Below are positions 1-13,105 of a stretch of 64,000 nt of DNA, piece after piece. This DNA comes from Limnochordia bacterium (GTDB lineage: Bacteria; Bacillota; Limnochordia; DTU080). The stretch's first letter is position 1, and every line of letters starts with the position of its first letter. The stretch spans positions 320,001 through 384,000 of the forward strand of contig JBMNJG010000012.1 of NCBI GenBank assembly GCA_050951545.1. Reading direction: 5' to 3'. A model generated the notes under the pieces. That model did not search any database and was not told the origin of the DNA. It saw only the letters and a list, made by a program, of their open reading frames with translations. A program made the position numbers and the translations under genes.

Positions 1-629
1 CGCACGACAGAACCCGTATACTCGATAACAGTCCCGGTAGCTCCGTCTGTACCTATCTGCCCGATAATGGCTAGGATGATATCCTTGGCGCCCACCTCGG
101 GGTCGCGTTCGCCCTCAACGCGTATCTCAGAAGTCGCCGGAGGATCCTGCCACAGGCACTGTGTAGCCAATACGTGCTCTACTTCACTAGTGCCGATGCC
201 GAAAGCTAACGCACCGAAAGCGCCGTGGGTTGAAGTGTGGCTGTCGCCACACACGATGGTCTTGCCCGGCTGGGTCAGACCCAATTCGGGTCCGATCACG
301 TGCACAATACCATGATGCGGACTATCGAGATTGAACAACGTTACTCCAAAATCCTGACAGTTGCGAGCCAGAGTCTCCATCTGACGACGTGCTGTCTCAT
401 CGGCGATGGGCAGATGCTGATCAGATGTAGGAACATTGTGATCCATAGTGGCAAAAGTCAGATCGGGACGACGCACTGCACGCTTCGCCATCCGTAGGGC
501 CTCAAACGCTTGGGGTGAGGTGACCTCGTGGACGAGATGCAGATCAATGTAGAGCAGCGAGGGTTTGCCCTCCTCTGCGTAGACGACATGATCATCCCAG
601 ATCTTCTGAAACATTGTACGTGGCCGCAT
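1..629 (-). CDS. leuC: 3-isopropylmalate dehydratase large subunit (5' part; runs off the window start)
   Basis: Not in the ORF track. Manual translation from ATG 629 (RBS GAGGTG) gives [16 protein letters not shown]...[18 protein letters not shown]...TMDHNVPT...[31 protein letters not shown]; directly downstream of leuA. Confidence 0.95.
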   Translation of the reverse strand, partial: MRPRTMFQKIWDDHVVYAEEGKPSLLYIDLHLVHEVTSPQAFEALRMAKRAVRRPDLTFATMDHNVPTSDQHLPIADETARRQMETLARNCQDFGVTLFNLDSPHHGIVHVIGPELGLTQPGKTIVCGDSHTSTHGAFGALAFGIGTSEVEHVLATQCLWQDPPATSEIRVEGERDPEVGAKDIILAIIGQIGTDGATGTVIEYTGSVV

Positions 630-649
630 TTCATCACCTCAAATACTGA

Positions 650-2167
650 TCAAGCCGTCCTTTGGCGAGACTGTACCATCTTGTTGATGGCTTGCAGGTA
701 GGCGCGTGCACTAGCCTCAATAACATCCGTACTGGCACCCCGGCCCACAAAAGTGAAGCCATTGTCACGCACTTGCACGGTCACTTCGCCCAAGGCGTCC
801 TTGCCACTAGTCACTGCGCCCAAGCTGTAACTTGCGAGATCGGTCTCGATCCCTGTGACTCGGTCAATTGCTCGGTAGACAGCCTCCACTGGGCCATCTC
901 CGCAAGCTGCCTCCTGGCTGGAGTCATCACCGCGACGAATTCTCACAGTCGCCGTGGACACAGTCGTATTGCCACTGGTCACCTGCAGGTACTCCAAGCG
1001 AAAGGTTTCGACCACAGAGAGCATCTGCTCATCCACCAACGCCTGGATGTCACGGTCATCAATGCGTTTCTTGCGATCACATAGGTCAATGAATCTCTCG
1101 TAGGCCTTGTCAATTTCCTCAGGGCTCATCTCGTAGCCCAGCTCTGCTAGTCTATCTCTGAAAGCATGCCTTCCCGAGTGCTTGCCGAGCACCAATCGAC
1201 TCTTCGGTAGCCCGATGGACTGTGGGGTCATGATCTCATAGGTCGTGGGTTCCTTGAGCATGCCGTCCTGATGGATACCAGACTCATGCGCAAACGCGTT
1301 CTCACCGACGATAGCTTTGTTTGGCTGAACCTGCATTCCCGATAGGCTACTTACCAGTCGACTGGTTCGGTACAAGTGCTCTGTTACGATGTTGGTCTGA
1401 ACATGATAGCGATCTGCTCGCGTATGCAGCGCCATGACCAGTTCCTCCAAAGCTGCGTTACCAGCTCTCTCGCCCAGTCCATTCACGGTACACTCCAACT
1501 GCACCGCCCCTGCATCCAGGGCACTCAACGTGTTGGCCACAGCTAATCCCAAGTCGTTATGGCAATGCACGCTGATGACAGCTTTCTCAATGCCGGGAGT
1601 ATGCTCACGGAGATGGCCAATGAGCTGTTGAAACTCTGCGGGAGTGCTGTAGCCAACTGTATCGGGCACATTGATGGTGGTCGCTCCAGCAGCGATCGCC
1701 ACACCAACAACCTCACAGAGAAAACCGAGATCGGATCGAGTGGCATCCTCAGCCGAGAACTCGACATCAGTGACGAGCGAGCGAGCCAGACGGACGGCTC
1801 TATCTGTCATCTCGAGAACCTCATCGGGTGACCTGCGTAGCTTGTACTGCATATGAATCGGCGACGTGGCAATGAAGGTGTGAATACGCGGCCGGGCTGC
1901 ATCCTTTAGGGCTTGTGCTGCGCACTCGATATCCTTGGCGGTGGCCCTGGCTAGGGCGGCGATAACCGGCCCTTGCACCTCACGGGCGACACAGGCCACT
2001 GCCTCGAAATCGCCGGGCGAGGCTATCGGGAACCCTGCTTCGATGACGTCAACTGCCAAGCGGCCCAGCTGCTTGGCAATCTCCAACTTCTCTTGCCGAT
2101 CTAAGTTAATGCCTGGTGATTGTTCGCCGTCACGAAGTGTCGTGTCAAAAATGATGATCTTACGCAT
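650..2167 (-). CDS. leuA: 2-isopropylmalate synthase
   Basis: [42 protein letters not shown] and C-terminal regulatory domain GDGPVEA. Confidence 0.97.
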   Translation of the reverse strand: MRKIIIFDTTLRDGEQSPGINLDRQEKLEIAKQLGRLAVDVIEAGFPIASPGDFEAVACVAREVQGPVIAALARATAKDIECAAQALKDAARPRIHTFIATSPIHMQYKLRRSPDEVLEMTDRAVRLARSLVTDVEFSAEDATRSDLGFLCEVVGVAIAAGATTINVPDTVGYSTPAEFQQLIGHLREHTPGIEKAVISVHCHNDLGLAVANTLSALDAGAVQLECTVNGLGERAGNAALEELVMALHTRADRYHVQTNIVTEHLYRTSRLVSSLSGMQVQPNKAIVGENAFAHESGIHQDGMLKEPTTYEIMTPQSIGLPKSRLVLGKHSGRHAFRDRLAELGYEMSPEEIDKAYERFIDLCDRKKRIDDRDIQALVDEQMLSVVETFRLEYLQVTSGNTTVSTATVRIRRGDDSSQEAACGDGPVEAVYRAIDRVTGIETDLASYSLGAVTSGKDALGEVTVQVRDNGFTFVGRGASTDVIEASARAYLQAINKMVQSRQRTA

Positions 2168-2194
2168 CTTTCTTCACCCCTCGGGTATCGCAGG

Positions 2195-2232
2195 AAAAAA
2201 GAGCCTGGGAGGTGGCACATCGCCCCCCAGGC
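2195..2232 (-). terminator. intrinsic terminator-like hairpin between ilvC and leuA
   Basis: Minus strand GCCTGGGGGG-loop-CCTCCCAGGC followed by TCTTTTTT. Confidence 0.7.
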
Positions 2233-2253
2233 GTCAGTGCCAGTATGTCCCGA

Positions 2254-3265
<1,012 letters not shown>

Positions 3266-3271
3266 TCATCG

Positions 3272-3313
3272 CTCCTTGGAGAGTTGAATTGTGTTGTCCG
3301 GGCATGTTGGCGG
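3272..3313. repeat. degenerate copy of dispersed repeat family A
   Basis: CTCCTTGGAGAG...TGTGTTGTCCGGGCATGTTGGCGG resembles the copies at 25383, 28878 and 32136; its AAGGAG (minus strand) is the ilvC RBS. Confidence 0.55.
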
Positions 3314-3324
3314 TTGAGCCTGTG

Positions 3325-3846
3325 CTACCTTAGTGCCGAGCGCCGTGATGCGGGTGCTTTCGCTTTCTGCTTGGGTCCCCGTACCAAGGCGATCTTGCCC
3401 GTGCGTGCGAGCTCCTTAATGCCGTATGGATGCAGAAGCTGCACCATGGCATCCACCTTTCCTTCATCGCCAGTGACTTCCACGATGACGGAGTGCTCGC
3501 TTACGTCCACTATCCGAGCCCGAAAGATATCGACTATCTGTAGAATTTCAGAACGGTTGCTCGCGTCGGCGGTCACCTTGATTAGTGCCAACTCCCGGTC
3601 CACTACATCCTCCGAAGTGATGTTAGAGACCCGCAGGACATCAATCAGTTTGTGGACGTTCTTGGTGATCTGCTCAACGATGGTCTCATCGCCTTCCACC
3701 ACAATCGTCATGCGCGATATCTCGGGATCCTCCGTAACACCTACGGCAATGCTTTCAATGTTGTAGCCACGCCGAGAGAACAGCCCTGCGACTCTTACCA
3801 AGACTCCCGAGCGGTTGTGTACCAGGATGGACAGAGTGTGTTTCAC
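3325..3846 (-). CDS. ilvN: acetolactate synthase small (regulatory) subunit
   Basis: ACT domain NRSGVLVRVAGLFSRRGYNIESIAVG, RELALIKV, ELARTGKIAL. Confidence 0.96.
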   Translation of the reverse strand: MKHTLSILVHNRSGVLVRVAGLFSRRGYNIESIAVGVTEDPEISRMTIVVEGDETIVEQITKNVHKLIDVLRVSNITSEDVVDRELALIKVTADASNRSEILQIVDIFRARIVDVSEHSVIVEVTGDEGKVDAMVQLLHPYGIKELARTGKIALVRGPKQKAKAPASRRSALR

Positions 3847-3849
3847 GAG

Positions 3850-5571
3850 TCACCTTCCCTCCAAGCCGATCATGTCTTTGAGGGCTGCGCCGCTAGGAAC
3901 CATCGGAAGAACATCGGCCTCACGCGATACGTGGACATCGACCAGCGCCGGACCATCTATCGCTCGGGCCTGTTCGAGAGCGTCCCGTAGCTCATTCGCT
4001 TGAGTCACGCGGAAAGCGGGTACGCCATGGGCTGCGGCGAGTTTTACGAAATCAGGGTTCTGCATAAGATCCGAGTGGCTGTAGCGTTTGCCATAGAACA
4101 TCCCTTGCCATTGCCGCACCATACCCAGGTAGAAATTATTGCTGATGGCAATCTTCACAGGTATCTTGTAGCTGGCTACGGTGATGAGCTCCTGCGCGTT
4201 CATCTGGAAACTACCGTCGCCACTGAGACACCACACCTCCCGATTCGGGTTGCCCACTGCCGCACCGATGGCTGCAGGGAAGCCAAACCCCATCGTGCCC
4301 AATCCCCCAGAGGAAATGTGTCGCCGTGGCGCGTCGAATCTGTAGTACTGCGCTAGCCACATCTGGTGTTGGCCAACATCACTAGCCATGATCGCCTCGC
4401 CTTTGGTCACGGCGTAGATCTCCTCAACCAGTCGCTGAGGCATGATCTCCCCAGTACCTGGGTCGTCGTAACGAAGTGGGTACTGCTCCTTCCAACCTTG
4501 GATCTGCGACAGCCATTCGTGCTCTATCTTGCTATGTGTCTTTTCCACGAGGACCTGTAGCACTGCCCTGCAGTCGCCTACGATTGGAATGTCTACAGCC
4601 ACGTTTTTGCCGATCTCCGCCGGGTCAATGTCGATGTGGACAACCTGGGCACCTGGCGCGAAGCGTTCCAGACAGCCCGTAACTCGATCATCGAAACGTG
4701 CTCCTATGGCGATAAGCAGGTCACAGTGACAGACCGCCCAGTTGGCATAGGCCGTGCCGTGCATACCCAACATCCCCAGCGAAAGGGGGTGGTTGCCAGG
4801 AAATCCTCCCATACCCATCAGCGTAGTGGTCACTGGGATATGCGCCTTTTCAGCCAAAGCCTTTACTTGGTCATGTGCGTTTGAAGAGATCACACCGCCG
4901 CCCACATAGAGCACAGGACGCTTTGCCGCGGCGATTGCCCTCGCGGCCTCCAAGACTTGCCGCACATGACCCTCATAGGTTGGCTTGAAGCCGGGGACGT
5001 CGACATGGGTAGGGTAGCTGTACTCGACATCCTCTACACAGATATCCTTGGGGAGATCGACCAATACTGGACCAGGACGTCCAGCCGTCGCAATGTGAAA
5101 AGCCTCTTTGACTGTTCGAGCGAGCTCATGGACGCTACGGACCAGGAAGTTGTGCTTAGTGATCGGAAGCGTAATGCCAGTAATATCGGCCTCTTGGAAG
5201 GCATCTCGGCCAATCAGCGGTCGCGCCACGTTCCCGGTGAAAGCGACCACGGGAACCGAGTCCATCCATGCAGTGGCAATGCCAGTGACGAGATTGGTCG
5301 CTCCAGGCCCAGAGGTAGCAAGGCAGACCCCTGGACGCCCCGTCGAACGTGCGTATCCATCTGCAGCATGGGCGGCCGCTTGCTCGTGACGGACCAAAAT
5401 GTGCCGGATATCGGCGCTGTACAGCGCGTCGTATATGGGCAGCACAGCTCCACCGGGTAAGCCGAAAACCGTGGTTACTCCTTCATCGATCAGGGCCTGT
5501 ACAAAGGCCTGGGCTCCTTGGAGCATTTTAGCTCCTCCCCGTTTTCTTGCTGCGGCCAGCTCCATTGCCAT
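3850..5571 (-). CDS. ilvB: acetolactate synthase large subunit, biosynthetic
   Basis: FGLPGGAVLP, RHEQAAAHAADGYAR, TSGPGATN, DVGQHQMW, GDGSFQMN; start is ATG 5571 (RBS GGGAGG) or ATG 5526 (RBS GGAGGAG). Confidence 0.96.
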   Translation of the reverse strand: MAMELAAARKRGGAKMLQGAQAFVQALIDEGVTTVFGLPGGAVLPIYDALYSADIRHILVRHEQAAAHAADGYARSTGRPGVCLATSGPGATNLVTGIATAWMDSVPVVAFTGNVARPLIGRDAFQEADITGITLPITKHNFLVRSVHELARTVKEAFHIATAGRPGPVLVDLPKDICVEDVEYSYPTHVDVPGFKPTYEGHVRQVLEAARAIAAAKRPVLYVGGGVISSNAHDQVKALAEKAHIPVTTTLMGMGGFPGNHPLSLGMLGMHGTAYANWAVCHCDLLIAIGARFDDRVTGCLERFAPGAQVVHIDIDPAEIGKNVAVDIPIVGDCRAVLQVLVEKTHSKIEHEWLSQIQGWKEQYPLRYDDPGTGEIMPQRLVEEIYAVTKGEAIMASDVGQHQMWLAQYYRFDAPRRHISSGGLGTMGFGFPAAIGAAVGNPNREVWCLSGDGSFQMNAQELITVASYKIPVKIAISNNFYLGMVRQWQGMFYGKRYSHSDLMQNPDFVKLAAAHGVPAFRVTQANELRDALEQARAIDGPALVDVHVSREADVLPMVPSGAALKDMIGLEGR

Positions 5572-5589
5572 GAAGAACCTCCCGACTAA

Positions 5590-5914
5590 TAAAAAAGACC
5601 TTCGCGCCCGAGGGAACACCTCGGGGCGAAAGCCTGCTTCGCGATACCACCCGATTCGCCACATACCTTGCAGCATGCAGCCTCAGAGTCCTCTTACTGG
5701 TAAGTAGGGGACAGCTGGATAACGGGTGCTTCCCAATAGGGTTCAACCCGGCGAGGTATACTCCAGCCAAGCCCCGGCTCTATGTGATGCCAGCCTCGCC
5801 GTTTCCACCTGCAGCTCAGGGGGGAGTTTCAGTTCACTGTGGGCGCCGACTCGCACCAGATGCCGGCTCTCTGCAACCCTTCCAGATGACCTACTTGACC
5901 CCGTCATCGCTTCT
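5590..5914 (-). promoter_or_regulatory. T-box riboswitch (Leu, CUC specifier) with terminator
   Basis: Minus strand: stem I GCGATGA..AGTAG..AGAGAG..GGTGCGA..GAAA-CTC; T-box AATCGGGTGGTATCGCG (5640-5656); terminator hairpin plus TTTTTT; upstream of ilvB-leu, as in B. subtilis. Confidence 0.92.
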
Positions 5915-5975
5915 ACGTACTGAACCGACGTGCTAATCGCTGCTATCCGTGCAGCCGTCGGTGAATGTTGTTTAG

Positions 5976-6004
5976 AGGATAGCTGACCAGTTGCTTCTTG
6001 TCAA
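5976..6004 (-). promoter_or_regulatory. sigma-A-type promoter of the T-box/ilvB leader
   Basis: TTGACA-17 bp-TATCCT. Confidence 0.7.
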
Positions 6005-6018
6005 GGGGTCATTTCGGT

Positions 6019-7710
6019 CTATATCTTGAGAACTGCTCCAGTGTCAGCAGAGGTCACCATGCGCGCGTAGCGTGCCAGGTATCCGCGGTCAAGCTTCGGG
6101 GCAGGCGCTTGCCAGGCAGCTTTGCGGCGAGCCAGCTCCTGCTCAGAGAGTTCAACCGCAATGAGGCCTTTCTCGAGGTCGATGACCACCATATCTCCAT
6201 CTTGCAGAAGTCCGATGGGGCCTCCTGCAGCTGCTTCTGGTGAAATGTGACCAATCGAGATGCCACGGGTTCCTCCTGAAAAACGCCCATCAGTGATCAG
6301 AGCCACTTCCTTCTCCAGACCCATTCCGGCAATGGCAGCCGTGTGGCCCAGCATTTCGGGCATGCCCGGACCACCTCGCGGTCCTTCATAGCGGATGACG
6401 ATGACGTCCCCTGCCTTGGCACGGCCCTCGGAAATCCCGGCAAAGGCTTCCTCTTGCGAGTCAAAGATCACAGCTGGCCCTGCATGGCGCCGTACGGCTG
6501 GATCTACAGCTCCGCTCTTGATCACCGCACCGTCGGGAGCCAAGTTACCGAACAGCACTTGCAGCCCGCCCCACCCGCTGTACGGGTTTGAGAGCGGACG
6601 GATGACCTCAGCATTCAGCGAGTGAGCGGCTGCCACGTTTTGCCTCAGGCTGTGCCCGGTGACAGTCATGCACTCCCCGTGCAATGCATCCGGTTTCTTG
6701 AACAGTTCCCCCAAGATGGCGCTAATGCCCCCGGCCCGGTGTACATCCTCCATATGCCAGTTCGAAGCGGGACTTACCTTGCACAAGTGAGGTATGCGCT
6801 GGGCAACCTGGTTGAGTCGTTCTAGGGGGTAGTCCACGCCAGCCTCTTGGCACAGAGCTAACGTATGAAGAACGGTATTGGTTGAACCGCCCATAGCCAT
6901 GTCTAGAGCAAAGGCGTTATCGATGGCTTCCGCTGTGACGATATCGCGCGGCTTGAGATCCATCTCAATCAAGTGCATCAGGCGGTACGCCGCCTGCTTC
7001 GCCAACTCCAAGCGAGCGGGGTCGCGGGCCAAAATAGTCCCGTTCCCTGGCAATGCCATACCCAGAGCTTCACATAGGCAGTTCATCGAGTTGGCCGTGA
7101 ACATGCCTGAACACGAGCCACAACCTGGGCAACTGGCATCCTCGAGCCTCTTCAGTTGAATGTCGTCTATTTTGCCCGCTTGGTGCGCCCCGACACCCTC
7201 GAAGACCGATATCAGGTCGACGGGTTGGCCATCAAGCTGGCCAGCTTGCATGGGCCCACCGCTGACGAAGATTGTGGGAACATTTACCCGCAATGCGGCC
7301 ATGAGCATCCCCGGGACGATCTTGTCGCAGTTGGGAATACAGATCATCGCGTCAAAGCAATGAGCCATGAGCATCGTCTCTACCGTGTCAGCGATCAGCT
7401 CGCGGCTGGGAAGTGAATAGCGCATCCCGATGTGCCCCATGGCAATGCCGTCGTCAACACCTATGGTGTTGAACTCAAAGGGCACCCCCCCAGCTTCTCG
7501 GATAGCCTCTTTGACGGCCGTACCGAATGCCTGAAGATGCACATGCCCGGGAATGATATCTATGTATGAGTTGCAGACCGCCACGAACGGCTTATCCATG
7601 TCTTCATCGCGAACACCAGTAGCCTTCAGCAGACTGCGATGTGGTGCGCGCTCGACGCCGCGTGTGATGCGATCACTGCGCATAGCACGGTGCTCTGATT
7701 CCTTTGACAT
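6019..7710 (-). CDS. ilvD: dihydroxy-acid dehydratase
   Basis: [66 protein letters not shown]; start at 7710 or 7716. Confidence 0.96.
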   Translation of the reverse strand: MSKESEHRAMRSDRITRGVERAPHRSLLKATGVRDEDMDKPFVAVCNSYIDIIPGHVHLQAFGTAVKEAIREAGGVPFEFNTIGVDDGIAMGHIGMRYSLPSRELIADTVETMLMAHCFDAMICIPNCDKIVPGMLMAALRVNVPTIFVSGGPMQAGQLDGQPVDLISVFEGVGAHQAGKIDDIQLKRLEDASCPGCGSCSGMFTANSMNCLCEALGMALPGNGTILARDPARLELAKQAAYRLMHLIEMDLKPRDIVTAEAIDNAFALDMAMGGSTNTVLHTLALCQEAGVDYPLERLNQVAQRIPHLCKVSPASNWHMEDVHRAGGISAILGELFKKPDALHGECMTVTGHSLRQNVAAAHSLNAEVIRPLSNPYSGWGGLQVLFGNLAPDGAVIKSGAVDPAVRRHAGPAVIFDSQEEAFAGISEGRAKAGDVIVIRYEGPRGGPGMPEMLGHTAAIAGMGLEKEVALITDGRFSGGTRGISIGHISPEAAAGGPIGLLQDGDMVVIDLEKGLIAVELSEQELARRKAAWQAPAPKLDRGYLARYARMVTSADTGAVLKI

Positions 7711-7729
7711 CCGCATGACCTCCCGTGGG

Positions 7730-8149
7730 CTAGTTTCCGACGATGTTGGCTAGCCGTTTTCCAAGGTTCTCCGCGTCCACTGGCCTGGAGACAGCGGCGA
7801 AATCTTGAACCAAGGCACCTTGTTTTTCCAACTCAGCCATCAAAAGGCGCAGGCTGCGGGCGTTTCCCCACAGCAGTTTGGGCCGAACAAAGGCCACACA
7901 TGCTTTGCCTTCCAGGCGTGAGAGGCGTTTGAGCATTTGCCCGATGTCGTCCGCGATAGCACCACCGAAAAACCCAATCACCGGACTACCTACACAGACA
8001 AGATCGAATGGTGCGGCAGAGAAATGAATTGCAGAATCCTGTGCTTCAAGCAGCTGTACGTCGTAACCGACAGTCCGCAAACCACGCCCAAGCGCCTGAG
8101 CTAGCAAGGCCATACGTCCCACTGCACTGTAGACTACTAAAGCACGCAT
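7730..8149 (-). CDS. flavodoxin-like protein
   Basis: [29 protein letters not shown], a flavodoxin-like pattern with a degenerate phosphate loop; RBS GGAGGT before ATG 8149. Confidence 0.65.
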   Translation of the reverse strand: MRALVVYSAVGRMALLAQALGRGLRTVGYDVQLLEAQDSAIHFSAAPFDLVCVGSPVIGFFGGAIADDIGQMLKRLSRLEGKACVAFVRPKLLWGNARSLRLLMAELEKQGALVQDFAAVSRPVDAENLGKRLANIVGN

Positions 8150-8196
8150 CTCGACACCTCCAACAGGCGCGCCCGACCATACCCGGAACCCTTTCG

Positions 8197-9648
8197 TCAA
8201 GGCAGGCTATACACTTGGCGAGCTGCACATATCTCCATAGCATACGAGCTAGATGAGATCGTGTCCCCCATCCCGACAGTGCTCACTGGATTGGTTACCA
8301 CGTGCGCTGGGGTCACCAGTACGTAGTGATCATCCTGTTCCCATGCCCCTTGGCCTAGGTAACGAGCCATATCACGCATCTCATGCGTGAAACCCTTCAG
8401 CTGCATGTCACCGATCTCTGAGAAAGGAATCTCCGCTGCAGCTGGCATGTCGCTTATGGTGGGGTATCCACCGTGCATCGCTTTCATGGCGTTCAGAGCG
8501 GAAGCGTACAGCGAGGCATCAATCACATCGTCGACCGAAATGAGGTACGGCTTGCGCAAAACGATCACGTAGTAGCCAAGGTTATGCAGATGCACTCGAT
8601 CGAGCTGGAGTTCACGAAGGAGCGCTAACGCACCTCTGTAGAGCGTATAGGCCCGTTCTGAGGCATCAATGTCATCTGCGAGTTTCTCGTAGCCCAGCTT
8701 ACGCAAGGCGCGGCGCACTTCATTCTCATTGATGCCGAAGCTGTTCACTTGCTCGCAGACGCTACGCAAGAGTTCACTCTCTAAGTCCTCATGCTTCAGA
8801 GGAACATACTCGTAGTGCATGCGTAGGCCCGGGTTGCAGCGAGTCAGATCACATAGAGACTGGCGAATGTACGCTAGATAGGAGACGAAGTCGCGTCCGT
8901 CGTTGTCGTGAGGGGCGGCATAGTGGTAACCCGCCATAAAGGCAACGTCTATGGCTTGGCCCAGTGATGTTAGGTGCGGGTCGAGCTCGTTGGAGAAGGC
9001 CATCACTGCCCCCTGGGGCCGAGTCGCCATGATCACCCGATTGGCCCGAGAGGTTGTGATCTGTTGTGTACCGAATTGGAACGTGACATCCTTCGCATAC
9101 TCAAATATCCAATTCACTTTCACCTCATCGCCCGGACGTGCCACTTGTCGTACAGGCAGCAATGAGAGCTGATCATCCAGCAATACTGGCGTAACAACAC
9201 GTTCGTCAAACATTTGCGCTTGCTCTGGCGGTAAGAGGCGGGTATAGACTACAGAGGTGGCCTGAAGAGCCGCCATCTGATTGGCGATGATCCCGGCCTG
9301 TCCCCCCATCCTCTCTACGCAGTCGCTGAAGACCTGTTTGATCCAGGGCAGCAACTCTTTTTCGACAACGATGTGACATGACTTTCCCTCGGCAAGCTGA
9401 ACACGCAGCACGTGCAAGAAGTCCGTGGGGGATTTTACCGAAACAGGCAACTCATCACAGGCCTTGCGCTCTACGAGAGCCAGATCCGCGCCGCTTTTCG
9501 CGATGGAATGCGAGAGAATCTCGGGTGATAGATGCACTACAGCATCAATATTGGTATTAAAAGCGGCAAAAGTACGCACTTGTGGGATGCGTGCGCTAAC
9601 ATTCCTGAGCCTCTCCTGCCAAAAGCCGCGATCTACCATATACTTCAC
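8197..9648 (-). CDS. ADP-dependent glucokinase/phosphofructokinase family protein
   Basis: FNTNIDAV, RMGGQAGIIAN, GINENE, HNLGYY and NPVSTVGMGDTISS (catalytic GxGD) of the PfkC/ADP-GK family. Confidence 0.88.
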   Translation of the reverse strand: MKYMVDRGFWQERLRNVSARIPQVRTFAAFNTNIDAVVHLSPEILSHSIAKSGADLALVERKACDELPVSVKSPTDFLHVLRVQLAEGKSCHIVVEKELLPWIKQVFSDCVERMGGQAGIIANQMAALQATSVVYTRLLPPEQAQMFDERVVTPVLLDDQLSLLPVRQVARPGDEVKVNWIFEYAKDVTFQFGTQQITTSRANRVIMATRPQGAVMAFSNELDPHLTSLGQAIDVAFMAGYHYAAPHDNDGRDFVSYLAYIRQSLCDLTRCNPGLRMHYEYVPLKHEDLESELLRSVCEQVNSFGINENEVRRALRKLGYEKLADDIDASERAYTLYRGALALLRELQLDRVHLHNLGYYVIVLRKPYLISVDDVIDASLYASALNAMKAMHGGYPTISDMPAAAEIPFSEIGDMQLKGFTHEMRDMARYLGQGAWEQDDHYVLVTPAHVVTNPVSTVGMGDTISSSSYAMEICAARQVYSLP

Positions 9649-9825
9649 CTCGCTCGTTTGTCACGCCTTCTTGGCATGGGGCAAGAACCCTCACTTGGAG
9701 GGCTCGTAGCGCGCGACACTGTGCGGTTCATTAGAAGAACATGACGATTTATCATTTCTCCACCTGCTGCCAGATAACCTGCCATGTACACTGATAAGCG
9801 AGCCAAGCAGATCTGGCGTGCGTAT

Positions 9826-12800
9826 CTAGCTTCTCCCTGCCATGGCCAGATACTCCGATAGGCTGGCAGGCTCCAGGGCCTGTCCTGCTCGCCGCGCCCG
9901 TAGTACCTCCAAGACAGCTCTCGCTGTGTCAAGCGAGGTGAAACAAGGCACTTTGTACTCCACAGCTGTCCTGCGAATCTGGAAGCCATTGCGCTCCGGA
10001 ACCTTTCCCCGAGTAGGGGTATTGATGATCAGGTCCACCCGACCTTCCTTGATGTAGCTCAGTACGTTGGGTGTGCCTTCTGTTACTTTCTTTACTTGCT
10101 CCACACGCATTCCCAGAGCTTCCAGTGCCTTTGCTGTTCCCTCAGTAGCGACGAGCTGGTAGCCAAACGAGTAGAACTCCTGCAATAGCTCTATGCCTTC
10201 AGCCTTGTCTTTGTCCGCCAATGTCGCCAAAATGGTGCCGCCCGCCGGAATCGGAGCACCACTGGCAGCGATAGCTTTGAACAAGGCCGGATAGTACTCT
10301 CGCGCCATGCCGAGAACCTCGCCAGTCGATTTCATCTCTGGGCCCAGAAATACGTCTACTTCCCCGAGTTTCTCAAAGGAGAAGACGGGAGCTTTGACAG
10401 TCACGAATGGCGGAGGAGTCATGAGCCCGGTAGTGTACCCGTGACTTGCCAAGCTTTCTCCCAGCATGGCACGTGTAGCGAGTGCGACCATCGGAACTCC
10501 AGTGACCTTAGACATGAAGGGCACTGTCCGACTGGCCCGTGGATTGACCTCGAGCACGTACACACGGTCTTCATACACGACATACTGCACATTCATCAAG
10601 CCGACGATACCAAGGGCTCGGGCGATTTGCACAGTGTAGTCTGTGATGATCTGTTGTTCCCATTTGCCTAGAGTGCGGGGCGGGAAAACGGCGTTGGAGT
10701 CGCCAGAGTGCACCCCGGCCCGTTCAATGTGTTCCATGATACCGGGGATGACCACCGTATCACCGTCAGATATGGCGTCGACTTCGACCTCTTTACCCGC
10801 CAGGTAGCGGTCGATCAGAACCGGGTAGTCGGGCGTGACCTCTACCGCAAACTTCAGATACTCAAGAAGCTCTATCTCGTTATGGACAATCTCCATGGCG
10901 CGACCTCCAAGCACGTAGGAGGGACGCACTACCAATGGGAAGCCGAGTTTGAGGGCGACCCCCATGCCTTCCTCGAGTGAAGTGACCGTGCGTCCTTCAG
11001 CCTGAAGAATACCGCGCCTGCGAAGAAACCTCTCCCACTTGTCGCGATCTTCCGCCATGTCGATTGCTTCCACAGGCGTGCCTAGAATGCGTACTCCGGC
11101 CTCCATCAATGGACCAGCCAGGTTGATGGCAGTCTGACCACCAAATTGGACGATCACTCCGACAGGACGTTCCTTCTCGATGACGTTAAGCACGTCTTCA
11201 TATGTCAGCGGCTCAAAGTAGAGTCTGTCAGAGGTGTCGAAGTCTGTGCTCACCGTCTCCGGGTTATTGTTGATGATCACTGATTCATAGCCTGCAGCCT
11301 GCAGTGCCCATACGGAATGCACAGAGCAGTAGTCGAACTCGATTCCCTGACCAATACGGATAGGCCCTGAGCCAAGCACAATCACGTTTTGGCGTGTGGA
11401 GGGCTTTACCTCATCTACAGAGCCGTAGGTTGAGTAGTAGTAGGGCGAGATAGCATCAAATTCGGCAGCACAAGTGTCGACCATCTTGAACACAGGCGTG
11501 ATACCTCTGCGGTTTCGTTCGGCACGTACGTCGCCGAACGAGACTCCCACGAGTTCTGCCAAGCGGCGGTCAGCGATCCCCGCCGCCTTGGCGTTTCGCA
11601 GGAGTTTGACCCACGTCAGATCTTCGGCGGCGCGAAGCTCCTCTTCTAGCTTTACAATGCCTTCGAGCTGATGAACGAACCACGCGTCAATGTGGGTTTT
11701 CCCGCAGACCTCCTCGACAGGCATGCCGCGACGCAGCGCTTCTGCCATCACGAAAAGCCGACGATCATCAGGGATTTCCACGCGGCGGAAGACCTCGGCG
11801 TCGCTTACTTTGTCGATGCCCGGCAGTGACAGACTATGAAGGCCAATCTCCAATGAACGGACAGCCTTAAGCAACGCGCCCGCAAAGGAACGGTCGATGG
11901 CCATGACTTCGCCAGTCGCTTTCATCTGTGTCCCTAAGACACGGTTAGCTGACTCAAACTTGTCGAAAGGCCAGCGAGGAATCTTTACTACGCAGTAGTC
12001 TACCGCAGGCTCGAAACAAGCGGTCGTCTTTCCGGTGACTGCATTCTGAATCTCGGGCAAGGTCAAACCTGTGGCTATCTTGGCGGCCACCCTGGCGATA
12101 GGATACCCGGTCGCCTTTGAGGCCAGTGCAGAGCTACGGCTCACGCGCGGATTGACCTCGATGACGTAGTAATTCGCACTGTAGGGGTCGAGTGCAAACT
12201 GCACGTTGCAGCCGCCCTCGATACCCAACACACGGATGATGCGCAACGCAGCCGCACGCAGCATCTGATGCTCCCTATCAGACAGTGTTTGCGTCGGAGC
12301 TACAACGATCGAATCACCTGTATGGATCCCTATTGGGTCCAGGTTCTCCATGTTGCAGACCACAATGCAGTTGTCTGCACCGTCACGCATGACCTCGTAT
12401 TCTATCTCTTTCCAGCCAGCCACACTACGTTCCAAGAGCAGTTGGTGAATCAGGCTGTGTTTCAAGCCACGGCCAGCTATCTCGACTAGCCGCTCCGGTG
12501 TATCAGCGATACCTCCGCCCGTACCACCTAAGGTGTAGGCAGGACGGATAATCACCGGATAACCTATCGAATCGGCGAAGACTCGAGCTTCGTCCAGAGT
12601 GCTCACTATCGCCGATTCCGGCACTGGCTCTCCGATTTCTTGCATCGTAGCTTTGAACAGCTCGCGGTCTTCAGCCTTTTCGATGGCGGACAGAGGAGTG
12701 CCCAAAAGACGGACGTTGTAACGATCGAGCACCCCCGACTTGGCCAGATCAAAAGCCAGATTCAGGCCTGTCTGTCCGCCGAGGGTAGGCAAGAGACCTT

Positions 12801-13050
12801 CAGGCCGCTCTCTCGCCACGATCTGTGCTACCACATCCGACGTTAGCGGTTCCAGATACACCTTGTCTGCGATCCCCGGATCGGTCATGATGGTGGCTGG
12901 GTTGGAGTTGACTAACACAACCTCCAACCCCTCCTCACGCAGAGCCTTACATGCCTGCGTACCAGCATAATCGAATTCAGCGGCCTGCCCGATCACAATC
13001 GGCCCGGAACCTATCACCATAACGCGCCCTAGACCCTGGCGCCCGGTCAT
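9826..13050 (-). CDS. carB: carbamoyl-phosphate synthase large subunit
   Basis: [18 protein letters not shown], duplicated ATP-grasp ([18 protein letters not shown]; [12 protein letters not shown]), C-terminal MGS domain. Confidence 0.98.
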   Translation of the reverse strand: MTGRQGLGRVMVIGSGPIVIGQAAEFDYAGTQACKALREEGLEVVLVNSNPATIMTDPGIADKVYLEPLTSDVVAQIVARERPEGLLPTLGGQTGLNLAFDLAKSGVLDRYNVRLLGTPLSAIEKAEDRELFKATMQEIGEPVPESAIVSTLDEARVFADSIGYPVIIRPAYTLGGTGGGIADTPERLVEIAGRGLKHSLIHQLLLERSVAGWKEIEYEVMRDGADNCIVVCNMENLDPIGIHTGDSIVVAPTQTLSDREHQMLRAAALRIIRVLGIEGGCNVQFALDPYSANYYVIEVNPRVSRSSALASKATGYPIARVAAKIATGLTLPEIQNAVTGKTTACFEPAVDYCVVKIPRWPFDKFESANRVLGTQMKATGEVMAIDRSFAGALLKAVRSLEIGLHSLSLPGIDKVSDAEVFRRVEIPDDRRLFVMAEALRRGMPVEEVCGKTHIDAWFVHQLEGIVKLEEELRAAEDLTWVKLLRNAKAAGIADRRLAELVGVSFGDVRAERNRRGITPVFKMVDTCAAEFDAISPYYYSTYGSVDEVKPSTRQNVIVLGSGPIRIGQGIEFDYCSVHSVWALQAAGYESVIINNNPETVSTDFDTSDRLYFEPLTYEDVLNVIEKERPVGVIVQFGGQTAINLAGPLMEAGVRILGTPVEAIDMAEDRDKWERFLRRRGILQAEGRTVTSLEEGMGVALKLGFPLVVRPSYVLGGRAMEIVHNEIELLEYLKFAVEVTPDYPVLIDRYLAGKEVEVDAISDGDTVVIPGIMEHIERAGVHSGDSNAVFPPRTLGKWEQQIITDYTVQIARALGIVGLMNVQYVVYEDRVYVLEVNPRASRTVPFMSKVTGVPMVALATRAMLGESLASHGYTTGLMTPPPFVTVKAPVFSFEKLGEVDVFLGPEMKSTGEVLGMAREYYPALFKAIAASGAPIPAGGTILATLADKDKAEGIELLQEFYSFGYQLVATEGTAKALEALGMRVEQVKKVTEGTPNVLSYIKEGRVDLIINTPTRGKVPERNGFQIRRTAVEYKVPCFTSLDTARAVLEVLRARRAGQALEPASLSEYLAMAGRS

Positions 13051-13105
13051 CTGTTCGCCCCCTTGAAAACTAGCGCATGCATCGACAGAGCTAGGCGATA
13101 AGAGC

